Positions 35,605-44,871 of a stretch of DNA of 64,000 bases are shown here, piece by piece. Origin of the DNA: Desulfobacteraceae bacterium (GTDB lineage: Bacteria > Desulfobacterota > Desulfobacteria > Desulfobacterales > Desulfosalsimonadaceae); NCBI GenBank assembly GCA_021737545.1, contig JAIPDT010000001.1, positions 7,093 to 71,092 of the forward strand. The letters are read 5' to 3'. The notes beneath the pieces were generated by a model that had not been told where the DNA came from, ran no database searches, and was given only the letters and a program-made list of their open reading frames with translations. Positions within the stretch are counted from its first letter, which is position 1; every line of letters starts with the position of its first letter. The translations under genes were made by a program, and so were the position numbers.

Positions 35605-36039
35605 ATGAAAAAGTTAAAGTATCTACTATGGCTGATAGTGATCATGCTGGTGGCGCTTGCGGTTTATCAGAACAGGGAGTTTTTTATTGAGGGAAAAAGC
35701 CTTGGAATTGATCTTGGTTTTGAGAGCTTTAAGACCCCCGAGCTTCCGGCGGGTGTTTATTACCTGGCTGTATTTTTAATAGGGCTTCTGATATCCTATT
35801 TTTCCACGCTGCCCCGGAAATTTCGGTCCAGGAAGACCATAAGGCAGTTAAACGAAAAAATCGCGGCGGACGAAAAAAAGATTTCCCGGCTGGAAGCCGA
35901 GATAGCAGCCGGCTCCCAAACACGGGAAAAGCCGGCCGGCGTCTATGAATACGGGCAATCGCAGGACCAGGAGGAACCGCGGGACACAGAGGCGGTTTGG
36001 CAGCAGACAGAAACCAAAGACAAAAAAACGGGCGAATAA
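35605..36039 (+). CDS. LapA-like (DUF1049) small inner-membrane protein with coiled-coil tail
   Basis: 144 aa. Two TM helices are followed by a KIAADEKKISRLEAEIA coiled coil and an acidic tail. Confidence 0.5.
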   Translation: MKKLKYLLWLIVIMLVALAVYQNREFFIEGKSLGIDLGFESFKTPELPAGVYYLAVFLIGLLISYFSTLPRKFRSRKTIRQLNEKIAADEKKISRLEAEIAAGSQTREKPAGVYEYGQSQDQEEPRDTEAVWQQTETKDKKTGE

Positions 36040-36049
36040 GTTTTTTATA

Positions 36050-38716
36050 ATGGGTGAGTCCGGCAAAAATTCCCAGCTCACGCCGATGATTCGGCAGTAT
36101 CTGGAGATAAAGGAGCAGTATGCTGACTATATCCTTTTTTACCGGATGGGGGATTTTTACGAAATGTTTTTTACGGATGCAGAAACCGCATCCAGTGAGC
36201 TCGAGATAACCCTGACGGCCCGCAACAGACATGAAGAAACCCCGGTTCCCATGTGTGGCGTTCCGGTCAAGTCCGCAGAGATTTACCTCGGCCGGCTGAT
36301 AGACAAGGGCTACAAGGTGGCCATCTGCGAGCAGACAGAAGACCCTGCAGAGGCAAAGGGGCTGGTTAAAAGGGAAGTGGTGCGTGTAGTAACGCCTGGG
36401 ATGGTTGTAAACAGCGATCTGCTCGATTCCCGTACCAACAATTTTATAATGTCGGCGGTGATAACGGATGACGGCTGCGGGCTTTCCTGCCTGGACCTTT
36501 CCACCGGTTCGTTTAAGGTCTGTCAGAGTCCGGATTCCGGGGCGGTGTTCGAGGAGGCCAGGCGGATTGTTCCCAGTGAAATACTGCTGCCTGAATCGGC
36601 CCATACGACAACGGCATATGAGCGGTTTCTGGAATCCTTTACCGACACGGCGGTGAGCTATCTTGATGACGAGGTCTTTTCCCATGGACATGCCAGGCAG
36701 CGCCTGCTCGAGCAGTTTAAGACCCGCAGTTTGGAGGGTTTTGGCTGCGAGCGGTTAAAAGCCGGGGTAAGTGCGGCCGGAGCTCTGCTTTATTATGTAC
36801 AGGACACCCAGAAACAGGAAATTATCCATCTTTCGGGCCTTGAAACCTATTTCCCCGACAGGTATTTAAGGATAGACGATATTAGCTGCCGGAACCTGGA
36901 GCTTACAGTCAACCTCCGCAGCGGAACCAGGCAGGCCACTTTGCTGTCGGTGGTGGATTATACTGTTACCGCCATGGGAGGCAGACTGATCAAGCGGTGG
37001 ATCAGGTATCCCTTGCTGGATGCCGAGGTCATCGGCGAGCGGCAAGAGGCGGTGGAGCAGGCTGTGGAGCTCTCCTCGGAGCGCAAGGCCGTAAGGGCCG
37101 GCCTGAAATCGGTTGCCGATCTGGAGCGCCTTGGCGGAAAGCTTGCAATGGGCCAGGGCAATGCCCGGGATCTGGTGGCCCTTCGCCGGTCCATGGAGGC
37201 CCTTCCCGATATCAGGGGTCAATTGGAGGCTTTTGATGCAAAGATCCTTGAGCCGGATGAATCGATTTTTCCCCGGCTTGCCGGGCTTGCCGAAAAAATC
37301 GGGCGCGCCGTGGTCGATGACCCGCCGCACACCGTAAATGAAGGAGGAATGATCAGGTCCGGCTTTGATGAAAAACTCGACGAGCTTATCAGCATCTCCA
37401 GGGATGCAAAGAGCTGGCTTGCCGAGCTAGAGGCCACGGAAAAGCAGGCTACCGGCATCCAGAGTTTAAAGGTTCGCTATAACAAGGTGTTCGGATATTA
37501 TATCGAGGTTACCAAAAGCTATGCGGATTATGTGCCCGATCATTATGTTCGAAAACAGACCCTGGTCAATGCGGAGCGCTATATCACAGATGAGTTGAAA
37601 TCGTTTGAAAACAGGGTGCTCGGAGCCCAGGAGCAAAGGGCCATACTGGAATACGAGATCTTTTGTCGGTTAAAAGACGAAGTCACCGCCTGCAACCGGA
37701 CTATCCAGTCTGCGGCGGAGTTTGCTGCCTGTGCCGATGTTGTAGCAGCCCTTGCCGAAGCCGCGGTGCATAACAACTATATCCGCCCGCAGATAAATAC
37801 CGAAGGCAGAATCCGGATCGAGGACGGAAGGCATCCGGTGGTGGAAAAGCTGGTTGCGGGAGAACGCTTCGTGCCCAACACGGTAGGTATGGACAATCTG
37901 GAAAATCAGCTTTTGGTCATCACGGGTCCGAATATGGCCGGAAAATCAACCGTGCTGCGGCAGGTGGCCCTTATTGTTATCATGGCCCAGATGGGTTCTT
38001 TCGTGCCAGCGGCTATGGCTGATATTGCGGTGACAGACCGCATTTTTACCAGGGTGGGGGCTCTGGATAATCTGTCTCAGGGGCAGAGCACATTCATGGT
38101 GGAAATGGAAGAGACAGCCAACATAATGAACAACGCCACTCCGGACAGCCTGGTGATAATGGATGAAATCGGCCGCGGTACCAGCACGTTTGACGGGCTG
38201 AGTATCGCCTGGGCCGTGGCCGAATATCTGCACGATTTGCACGGAGTGGGGGTTAAGTCAATGTTTGCCACCCATTATCACGAATTAACCGAGCTCCCCC
38301 GGGTAAAACAGCGGGTCAAAAACTACAGCATTGCTGTCAGGGAGATAAAAGACGAAATTATTTTTCTCCATCAGCTTGTCGAAGGCGGAACCAACCGAAG
38401 CTACGGAATCCAGGTGGCCCGGTTGGCCGGCATGCCGGAAAAAGTTGTTGAAAGAGCTAAAAAAGTGCTTGAAAATGTGGAAAAACAGGGGCATGTGCTG
38501 GGATCTCATGCAGCCGGCCCGGAAGGACGCAAAGGTGCAAGGAAGCAATATGTTCAGCTTCCGCTTTTCCGGGGACCGGAGGGTGCTGTGATAGAAAAGA
38601 TCAAGCAGATCGAGATATCCAGGATGACCCCTTTGGAAGCGCTTAATTATTTGAATATGCTTCAGCAAAATATCCTCGGCGGGCAAAGTCCGGAAGACAG
38701 CAGGTTCGCAGATTGA
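36050..38716 (+). CDS. mutS: DNA mismatch repair protein MutS
   Basis: The ORF is open from 35945. ATG at 36050 gives MGESGKNSQLTPMIRQYLEIKEQY..FYRMGDFYEMFF. Walker A is GPNMAGKST, and DEIGRGTSTFDG is present. Confidence 0.95.
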   Translation: MGESGKNSQLTPMIRQYLEIKEQYADYILFYRMGDFYEMFFTDAETASSELEITLTARNRHEETPVPMCGVPVKSAEIYLGRLIDKGYKVAICEQTEDPAEAKGLVKREVVRVVTPGMVVNSDLLDSRTNNFIMSAVITDDGCGLSCLDLSTGSFKVCQSPDSGAVFEEARRIVPSEILLPESAHTTTAYERFLESFTDTAVSYLDDEVFSHGHARQRLLEQFKTRSLEGFGCERLKAGVSAAGALLYYVQDTQKQEIIHLSGLETYFPDRYLRIDDISCRNLELTVNLRSGTRQATLLSVVDYTVTAMGGRLIKRWIRYPLLDAEVIGERQEAVEQAVELSSERKAVRAGLKSVADLERLGGKLAMGQGNARDLVALRRSMEALPDIRGQLEAFDAKILEPDESIFPRLAGLAEKIGRAVVDDPPHTVNEGGMIRSGFDEKLDELISISRDAKSWLAELEATEKQATGIQSLKVRYNKVFGYYIEVTKSYADYVPDHYVRKQTLVNAERYITDELKSFENRVLGAQEQRAILEYEIFCRLKDEVTACNRTIQSAAEFAACADVVAALAEAAVHNNYIRPQINTEGRIRIEDGRHPVVEKLVAGERFVPNTVGMDNLENQLLVITGPNMAGKSTVLRQVALIVIMAQMGSFVPAAMADIAVTDRIFTRVGALDNLSQGQSTFMVEMEETANIMNNATPDSLVIMDEIGRGTSTFDGLSIAWAVAEYLHDLHGVGVKSMFATHYHELTELPRVKQRVKNYSIAVREIKDEIIFLHQLVEGGTNRSYGIQVARLAGMPEKVVERAKKVLENVEKQGHVLGSHAAGPEGRKGARKQYVQLPLFRGPEGAVIEKIKQIEISRMTPLEALNYLNMLQQNILGGQSPEDSRFAD

Positions 38717-40716
38717 AGGATAAAAACAAAACTGGCACAAAAACGGTTGGCGAAATGATTTTCCGGGGCTTTGTTCCGGCTGCATTGATCTGTTTGCTGA
38801 TGGTCTTCTGGTCCTGTGCCTCAATCGGCACCACGCCCAACCAGTTGTATTTTTCCGCAGAGTCCTGTTATCAGAATCTAAAAGATAGCCCGCAGCGGCA
38901 GAAATACCGGAGTTGCTGGCTGGACTGCATCCGCCAATTCGAAGCGGTTCAAGGGCAGGATCCTGACGGCCCATGGGCTGCGGCCGGCCTGTTTATGGCG
39001 GGAAAGCTCTACCGGGAGATGTATAGCCACTCTTATGCTCCTGCGGACTTAAGAAAAGCCAGATCCATATTCCGGGAAGTTGAAAAAAAATATCCGTCAA
39101 GCGCCTACAGCAAAGATGCCCGGCAGGCTTTGGAGCGGATGGAGCAAGCCCCCCGGCAGGCCGATACAAAAGAGGCGGAAAAGCAGTATTTTTCCGCAGA
39201 GTCCTGTTATCAGAAGTTAAAAGACAGCCCGCAGCGGAAGAAATACCGCAGCAACTGGCTGAACTGCATCAGAAAGTTTAAAAAAGTACATGAAACAGAC
39301 CCGGACGGACCTTGGGCGGCAGCGGGGCTTTTCATGACAGCCGAGCTTTATCAGGGGCTTTACGAGCATTCCTATAAACCCGAAGATTTGGAAAAGGCCC
39401 GCTCTGTTTTTCGGCGGATAACTGATGATTACCCTTCTAGTGCATACAGCCGGCAGGCCCGCGAGCAGCTCAATGCTATGAAAGATGACGGAGAAACCCG
39501 GCAGGAGGCGTCTCCCGAGACCACATCCGGAGAGGTTACAACCGATACAGCCGCTCAGACCACATCACCGGAAGAGGGTGATCCCACCACGGTTACAGGA
39601 ATCCGTTACTGGTCTAATCCGGAATATACCAGGGTGGTAGTTGACGCCAACCAGGAGACAGATTTTAAAAACAACCTGTTAAACAAGGATCCATCCATTA
39701 ATCAGCCGCACCAGCGGCTCTATGTGGACCTTGAAGACAGCCGTCTGGGTAACGATATCCAAGAGCAGCTTCTCATTGATGATACCTTGTTAAAAGACGT
39801 GCGCGCCGGCCAGCATGATAGGGATACCGTGCGGGTGGTGGTGGATATAAAGTCTTTTGAGGATTATAATATTTTTTCTCTGAAAAATCCATTCCGCATT
39901 GTTATCGATGTTCGGGGACAAGCCTCTGCGGAAAAAAAGGGAAAAGCCCCGGCCGATTCCGGGCCGTCCATGGAAAACGGGGCTTCTATTGCCAAGCAGC
40001 TGGCTTTGGGTGTGCGCAGGATCATTATAGATCCCGGTCACGGCGGAAGGGATTACGGAGCGCCGGGATATATTAAGGGTGTGCATGAAAAAGATGTGGT
40101 GCTGGATATTTCTAAAAAACTGGCCGAGCAGTTGCGCCAGGAGTTGAATTGCGAGGTTCTTCTTACCCGAAGCTCTGATAAATATCTTACCCTGGAGGAA
40201 AGAACAGCGATAGCCAACACTAAAAAGGCTGATCTGTTTGTCTCCCTTCACGCCAACGCCTCCCGCAACCATAATGCATACGGCATAGAAACATATTTTT
40301 TGAACCTGACAACAGACGAAGACTCAATAGCCGTGGCAGCCCGGGAAAATGCGACTTCTGAGAAGAATATCAGCGAGCTGCAGAACATTTTGGATGATTT
40401 GATGCGAAACGCCAAGGTCAACGAGTCGAGCAGGCTGGCCACCTATGTCCAGAATGCCTTGTACGGTAACCTGGAGAATAACTACAGCAGGATCAAAAAC
40501 AAAGGTGTCAAACAGGCTCCGTTCTATGTGCTGCTGGGCGCCCAGATGCCCTCTGTTTTGATTGAGACTTCCTTTATCAGCAACAAAAGGGAGTGCAGTC
40601 GCCTTACAGATCCCGGTTATCAACGGGAGCTGTGCTCGGGGATCGTAAAGGGAGTAAAGCGTTATATTCAGAAGACAAGGCCCACCGCGTTTTTAAGCAG
40701 CGGGGAAGGTGATTAG
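38713..40716 (+). CDS. N-acetylmuramoyl-L-alanine amidase (AmiC-like) with duplicated N-terminal helical module and AMIN domain
   Basis: 667 aa. The TTG start overlaps the mutS stop, with an alternative ATG at 38755. It has a signal/lipobox-like LMVFWSC, 2 x 101-aa repeats and an AMIN domain (VTGIRYWSNPEYTRVVVD..FRIVIDV). The Amidase_3 core reads IIIDPGHGGRDYGA..SLHANA..ETSFISN. Confidence 0.85.
   Translation: MKDKNKTGTKTVGEMIFRGFVPAALICLLMVFWSCASIGTTPNQLYFSAESCYQNLKDSPQRQKYRSCWLDCIRQFEAVQGQDPDGPWAAAGLFMAGKLYREMYSHSYAPADLRKARSIFREVEKKYPSSAYSKDARQALERMEQAPRQADTKEAEKQYFSAESCYQKLKDSPQRKKYRSNWLNCIRKFKKVHETDPDGPWAAAGLFMTAELYQGLYEHSYKPEDLEKARSVFRRITDDYPSSAYSRQAREQLNAMKDDGETRQEASPETTSGEVTTDTAAQTTSPEEGDPTTVTGIRYWSNPEYTRVVVDANQETDFKNNLLNKDPSINQPHQRLYVDLEDSRLGNDIQEQLLIDDTLLKDVRAGQHDRDTVRVVVDIKSFEDYNIFSLKNPFRIVIDVRGQASAEKKGKAPADSGPSMENGASIAKQLALGVRRIIIDPGHGGRDYGAPGYIKGVHEKDVVLDISKKLAEQLRQELNCEVLLTRSSDKYLTLEERTAIANTKKADLFVSLHANASRNHNAYGIETYFLNLTTDEDSIAVAARENATSEKNISELQNILDDLMRNAKVNESSRLATYVQNALYGNLENNYSRIKNKGVKQAPFYVLLGAQMPSVLIETSFISNKRECSRLTDPGYQRELCSGIVKGVKRYIQKTRPTAFLSSGEGD
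38842..39483 (+). repeat. Intragenic tandem duplication (two 303-nt units, 339-nt period)
   Basis: The units are 38842-39144 and 39181-39483. About 66 of 101 aa are identical by hand count. An identical 29-nt run tatttttccgcagagtcctgttatcagaa occurs at 38848 and 39187. Confidence 0.8.
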
Positions 40717-40789
40717 GTGTATGGGGGGTCTTTTGTAAAAAAGTTCAACAGCGAAGGGCAAATCCTGAAATTTTAATAATAGGAGTATA

Positions 40790-42163
40790 ATGGACCAGGA
40801 AAATGCGATAAAATCGATATCAGTGTTAGACGGAAGATATGCCCGGCATACCGCGGGAATAGAGGAGATATTCTCCGAGTACGGACTGATAAAGTACCGG
40901 GTATATGTTGAACTTCAGTGGTTTAAGTTTCTTTTAGATGAGCTGCATCCCGCCGAGGTTGATCAGGAGGCACGAGGGCGGATCGATGCTGTCTATGAGG
41001 ACTTTGATGTGCAGAGCGCTCTTGCTGTCAAAACGATCGAAAAGCAAACCAATCATGACGTCAAAGCGGTTGAGTATTACATAAAGCAGCGGCTTATAGA
41101 TGCCGGTCTGGACCATATCAGGGAGTGGGTCCATTTTGCCTGTACTTCCGACGATATCAACAATACAGCTTATGCCCTTATGGTAAAAAGCGGGCGAAGG
41201 ATGTTTCTGGATGAACTCGGGGAAGTACTGTCAAGAATAGAGGATTTGGGGAAAAAATACAAGGCGGTCCCTATGATGGCAAGAACCCATGGTCAGCCTG
41301 CCACCCCTACTACAGTGGGAAAGGAGTTTATCAATTTCGCCTGGCGCCTGCGGCATGAAATCAACGCGATAGAAGAGCTGTCCATTCAGGCGAAGATGAA
41401 CGGGGCCAGCGGAAATTACAACGCCCATCATTTCGTCTTCCCTGAAATTGATTGGATCTCGGCGTCAACCCGCTTTATCGAAGAATATCTCGGCCTTTGT
41501 CCCGTGCTGTATACCACCCAGATCAACCCCAACAACTACCTGTCGGCGATTCTTCACGCAATGGTGCGATGCGCGGCGGTGATAATCGATCTGGACCGGG
41601 ACATGTGGGGTTATATCTCGCTGGGATATTTCAGGCAAAAATTAAAGGAGGACGAGGTGGGCTCTTCGACCATGCCCCACAAGGTAAACCCCATTGATTT
41701 CGAAAACAGCGAAGGCAATGCCGGACTTGCGGTTTCCATCATGGAGCACATGGCGGTAAAGTTGATGATATCACGTTATCAGCGGGATTTGAGCGACAGT
41801 ACAGTTCTGCGCAACCTGGGTGCGGTCTTCGGATACATGCTGATCTCATTGAAAAGTACGTTAAAAGGCCTGGAGAGGATAGAGGCCGATGAACGGATCA
41901 TAGCCGGGGATCTTGCTGCCAACCCGGAACTCCTGGCCGAGCCGGTGCAGACTGCCATGCGGGCCGGCGGGGAAAGTGAGCCGTATGAAAAATTAAAGAC
42001 CCTGACCCGGGGCAAACGGATCACGCGCGAGGAGTTGGTCTCCTTTATAGAAGGTCTTGACTCACTTACGGAGTCGGCAAGGGCAAATCTGAAAAACCTG
42101 GAGGTTTCCGGCTATACAGGCTTGGCCGAAGACCTTGTGGAGCATTATTTCAGCTCTCTTTAG
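40790..42163 (+). CDS. purB: Adenylosuccinate lyase
   Basis: 457 aa. It has LDGRY, ACTSDDINNTAY, the signature SSTMPHKVNP, and a C-terminal PurB-type domain. Confidence 0.9.
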   Translation: MDQENAIKSISVLDGRYARHTAGIEEIFSEYGLIKYRVYVELQWFKFLLDELHPAEVDQEARGRIDAVYEDFDVQSALAVKTIEKQTNHDVKAVEYYIKQRLIDAGLDHIREWVHFACTSDDINNTAYALMVKSGRRMFLDELGEVLSRIEDLGKKYKAVPMMARTHGQPATPTTVGKEFINFAWRLRHEINAIEELSIQAKMNGASGNYNAHHFVFPEIDWISASTRFIEEYLGLCPVLYTTQINPNNYLSAILHAMVRCAAVIIDLDRDMWGYISLGYFRQKLKEDEVGSSTMPHKVNPIDFENSEGNAGLAVSIMEHMAVKLMISRYQRDLSDSTVLRNLGAVFGYMLISLKSTLKGLERIEADERIIAGDLAANPELLAEPVQTAMRAGGESEPYEKLKTLTRGKRITREELVSFIEGLDSLTESARANLKNLEVSGYTGLAEDLVEHYFSSL

Positions 42164-42196
42164 CCTGCGGCCGGGTGCATGGCTGCATGTTATTTT
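42164..42196 (+). terminator. Weak terminator-like hairpin after purB
   Basis: gcctgcggcc-N8-ggctgcatgt (7 WC + 2 GU pairs) is followed by TATTTT. Confidence 0.3.
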
Positions 42197-42224
42197 AAAA
42201 CTTGAAATAAATAATTAAAATATG

Positions 42225-42246
42225 TTAGAGATTTTTTAGAGATTTT
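42225..42246 (+). promoter_or_regulatory. Perfect tandem 11-bp direct repeat (TTAGAGATTTT x2) in the leader of the GTPase operon
   Basis: The copies lie at 42225-42235 and 42236-42246, a one-helical-turn period. The second copy could serve as -35 (TTAGAG-N17-TATACT). Confidence 0.3.
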
Positions 42247-42345
42247 AATGTATATTTATATACTAATATCTAAAAATACAGTTGCAGAGGATTCGGAAAG
42301 CGGCTGGCGGGATGTATAACATTTATTTTCAAGGGGTGACCATTA

Positions 42346-42738
42346 ATGGAGTTTACGGTTGATTTCAACAAGGAGCAGATTGAATCCATAGAGGATATCC
42401 TGCAGAAGGAACTGATTGATCTGGGGGTCCAAAGCGTTATCCTCATGGATCTTGCCGGCAATGTGATCGTGAACCTTGACAGCGGGGAGGCCGATCACGA
42501 CGTGTTTTCCCTGGCGGCCCTGGCGGCAGGCAACTATGGTGCGGTCAGTGCAATGGCCAACATCATCGGTGAACAGGAATTTTCTTTGCTGTTTCACAAA
42601 GGTGAAGAAGAAAGCATACATTTTAGCAAGGTGGCCGATGACCTGCTTTTGTTGACCATATTCAACAAAAATGTCTCGCTGGGATTTTTGAGACTGAAGG
42701 TCGCAGAAGCTGTCAAGCGGATTAAGACCGTGATCTGA
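42346..42738 (+). CDS. mglB: Roadblock/LC7 domain protein (MglB-like)
   Basis: 130 aa. It has GVQSVILMDLAGNVI, AALAAGNYGAVSAMANII and LLLLTIFNKNVSLGFLRL, fitting the Roadblock fold pattern. It lies immediately upstream of the MglA-like gene. Confidence 0.7.
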   Translation: MEFTVDFNKEQIESIEDILQKELIDLGVQSVILMDLAGNVIVNLDSGEADHDVFSLAALAAGNYGAVSAMANIIGEQEFSLLFHKGEEESIHFSKVADDLLLLTIFNKNVSLGFLRLKVAEAVKRIKTVI

Positions 42739-42822
42739 GCGATTTTCTTTGCACAGGGGGAAGATACGGGGTTGGCAGCAACGGCTTAATTGAAATAAAC
42801 TGCTGTTCCGGAGGAAGGTGAT

Positions 42823-43428
42823 TTGGCGTTAATTAATCCGAAGAAGCGGGAGGTCCAGGTCAAAATTGTTTATTACGGGCCTGGTCGAGGGGGCAAAACC
42901 ACGAATCTTGAATATATCAACCGCAAGTTCAAGAAACGGATTTTAAATGAAATGGTCACGGTCAAGACCTATGGTGACCGCACGCTCTTTTTTGATTTTC
43001 TGCCGTTTGACATCGGTGAAATAAAGGGTCACAGCATCAAGATCCAGTTATACACGGTTCCCGGGCAGGTCAAGTACAACGCTACCAGGCGTCTTGTCCT
43101 GCGCGGAGTCGACGGCATAGTTTTTGTCGCGGATTCCATGGACCTGCGCCGGGAAATGAATATCCGCTCATTGGAGAATCTCAAGGCGAACCTGGAATCG
43201 TTTAACAAAAACCTTTTCAACATTCCTCTGGTCATGCAGTACAACAAACGCGATCTTGCAGATGAAGGCATTCCGATACTTTCGGTTGAAACTCTGGAAA
43301 AGGATCTGAACAGCAGCATAAAAGCGCCTTATTTCTCGGCAAGCGCGATCCGCGGCGACAATGTTGCCGTCACAATGAAAAAAATCATTGCGCTCACAGT
43401 CAGTTCTTTGCGCAAAAAACTGGAATAG
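42823..43428 (+). CDS. mglA: MglA-family Ras-like small GTPase
   Basis: 201 aa, with a TTG start after GGAGGAAGG. It has KIVYYGPGRGGKTTNLEYI, GDRTLFFDFLP, LYTVPGQVKY (Thr in place of the DxxG Asp), GVDGIVFVADS and QYNKRDL. It is near-colinear with Myxococcus MglA as I recall it. Confidence 0.85.
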   Translation: MALINPKKREVQVKIVYYGPGRGGKTTNLEYINRKFKKRILNEMVTVKTYGDRTLFFDFLPFDIGEIKGHSIKIQLYTVPGQVKYNATRRLVLRGVDGIVFVADSMDLRREMNIRSLENLKANLESFNKNLFNIPLVMQYNKRDLADEGIPILSVETLEKDLNSSIKAPYFSASAIRGDNVAVTMKKIIALTVSSLRKKLE

Positions 43429-43440
43429 GAGGGAATTCCA

Positions 43441-44256
43441 TTGACGCACAAGGATGAAGACGATATCGGCGCCCAGGTGTCAAGCCGGCTCGAGGAATTG
43501 TTCGGGGAACAAGATGAGCAAGATTCCGCCGGGCCCGCAGGAGAGTCTGCAGAAGCGCCTGGAAAAGGGCAAGCTGTGCAGGCCGATCCTGCTGAGGATA
43601 ATGTGACTGATCCGCCCGGCTATCCGCTGAAGAATCTCAAAGCGTATGTATTCGGGATCGACTGGGAAATCACCGATGAGAGTATGAAGGAGTTCCTGGA
43701 AGAAGTTCGGGGGCTTCAGTCGAAATATCAGCACGACAAGTTGCTTTCCACGTTTTTAAAACTTCACGAATCTGTGGGAAAATACATCAGGGCCAAAAAG
43801 GCCCGCGCCCATCCTGAAGCCATAAAATTTGTCGCTTCTGTATTCAAGAGTTTCGAAAAAGTTTTGATGACTCCGGATATGCCGGAATCACGGAAAAAAA
43901 GCCTGCTTTCCGCGGAAATCAAGAAATTCAAGAATTTCAGGGAAAAGGTGATGGCCGCCGGCAAAACCCGGCAGCCTGAGCCGGCTGACGCGATCGCCGG
44001 GAAACCGGAGGAAAAACCGACCGAAGCCAGCGAGCACCTTAAAGAAGAACCCCCCACAGAAGGCGAAACTTATCAGGCAGAGCCGGCAGAAACCGAAGGA
44101 TCGGCGGGTGACAAACAGTTCCCTGCAGAAGAGCCCAAGCCGGCGGCCGTGCTTGAGAACCAGGAAGCGTTAGATTATATTGTGGCCGAACTCCGGAAAA
44201 CCATCAAAGCGGAGTTTCATACAATAAGACAGATCATAAAGAATCTTGGTGCCTAG
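43441..44256 (+). CDS. Hypothetical protein (acidic/Pro-rich flanks, helical core)
   Basis: 271 aa, with a TTG start 8 nt after TAGGAGGG and 12 nt after the mglA-like stop. Codon usage resembles its neighbours. I recognise no family. Confidence 0.5.
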   Translation: MTHKDEDDIGAQVSSRLEELFGEQDEQDSAGPAGESAEAPGKGQAVQADPAEDNVTDPPGYPLKNLKAYVFGIDWEITDESMKEFLEEVRGLQSKYQHDKLLSTFLKLHESVGKYIRAKKARAHPEAIKFVASVFKSFEKVLMTPDMPESRKKSLLSAEIKKFKNFREKVMAAGKTRQPEPADAIAGKPEEKPTEASEHLKEEPPTEGETYQAEPAETEGSAGDKQFPAEEPKPAAVLENQEALDYIVAELRKTIKAEFHTIRQIIKNLGA

Positions 44257-44300
44257 ATATTTCATGGGCCGGCAAACCAAAATCTATTGGAGGCAGGAAT

Positions 44301-44774
44301 ATGGCAAATATTTTTTCGGGTGATATCTCCCGGATGGTGCTAAAGAGGACTGTGCACGCTGATCTGGGAGAAGTTTCTCTTGACAGCCAGATGCTTCAGG
44401 TTCTCATGGAACTCGACGGGAAAAAGAATCTCGGGCAGGTGGCCCAGTCTCTTAACATGAGCATGAAGAATCTGCGGCAGATAATTAACAATCTGCATGA
44501 CTTAACGCTTTGCGAACAGGCAAAAGAAAGTATGCCCACTTTGGGAAAGGATTTTTTTGATTTTCTTTCCTCACAGCTTTCACAGGCCATGGGCCCTATT
44601 GCAGATGTTGTTATCGAGGATGAAATAAGCCAGATGGGTGAAAATCCCGAAAGTTTTCCAGCTCATCGGGCGGTTGAGCTGGTGGACCTGCTGGCTCGCC
44701 AGATACTGCGCGAAGAACGTAAGGTTGCCTTTCAGCAGTCCATGGTGAAAAAACTCCGGGAGATCAAGGCATGA
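44301..44774 (+). CDS. Hypothetical protein with possible winged-helix segment
   Basis: 157 aa, with RBS GGAGG. The segment LDSQMLQVLMELDGKKNLGQVAQSLNMSMKNLRQIINNLHDL looks wHTH-like. I recognise no family. Confidence 0.5.
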   Translation: MANIFSGDISRMVLKRTVHADLGEVSLDSQMLQVLMELDGKKNLGQVAQSLNMSMKNLRQIINNLHDLTLCEQAKESMPTLGKDFFDFLSSQLSQAMGPIADVVIEDEISQMGENPESFPAHRAVELVDLLARQILREERKVAFQQSMVKKLREIKA

Positions 44775-44871
44775 TTCTTAAAACCTTCTGCAGGTAGGAG
44801 GTGATTTTATAAGACAAACCGCGGGGAAAAACTTATGGATGCCGGCGAAAATTGAGCAGGGAGAATAGCTC

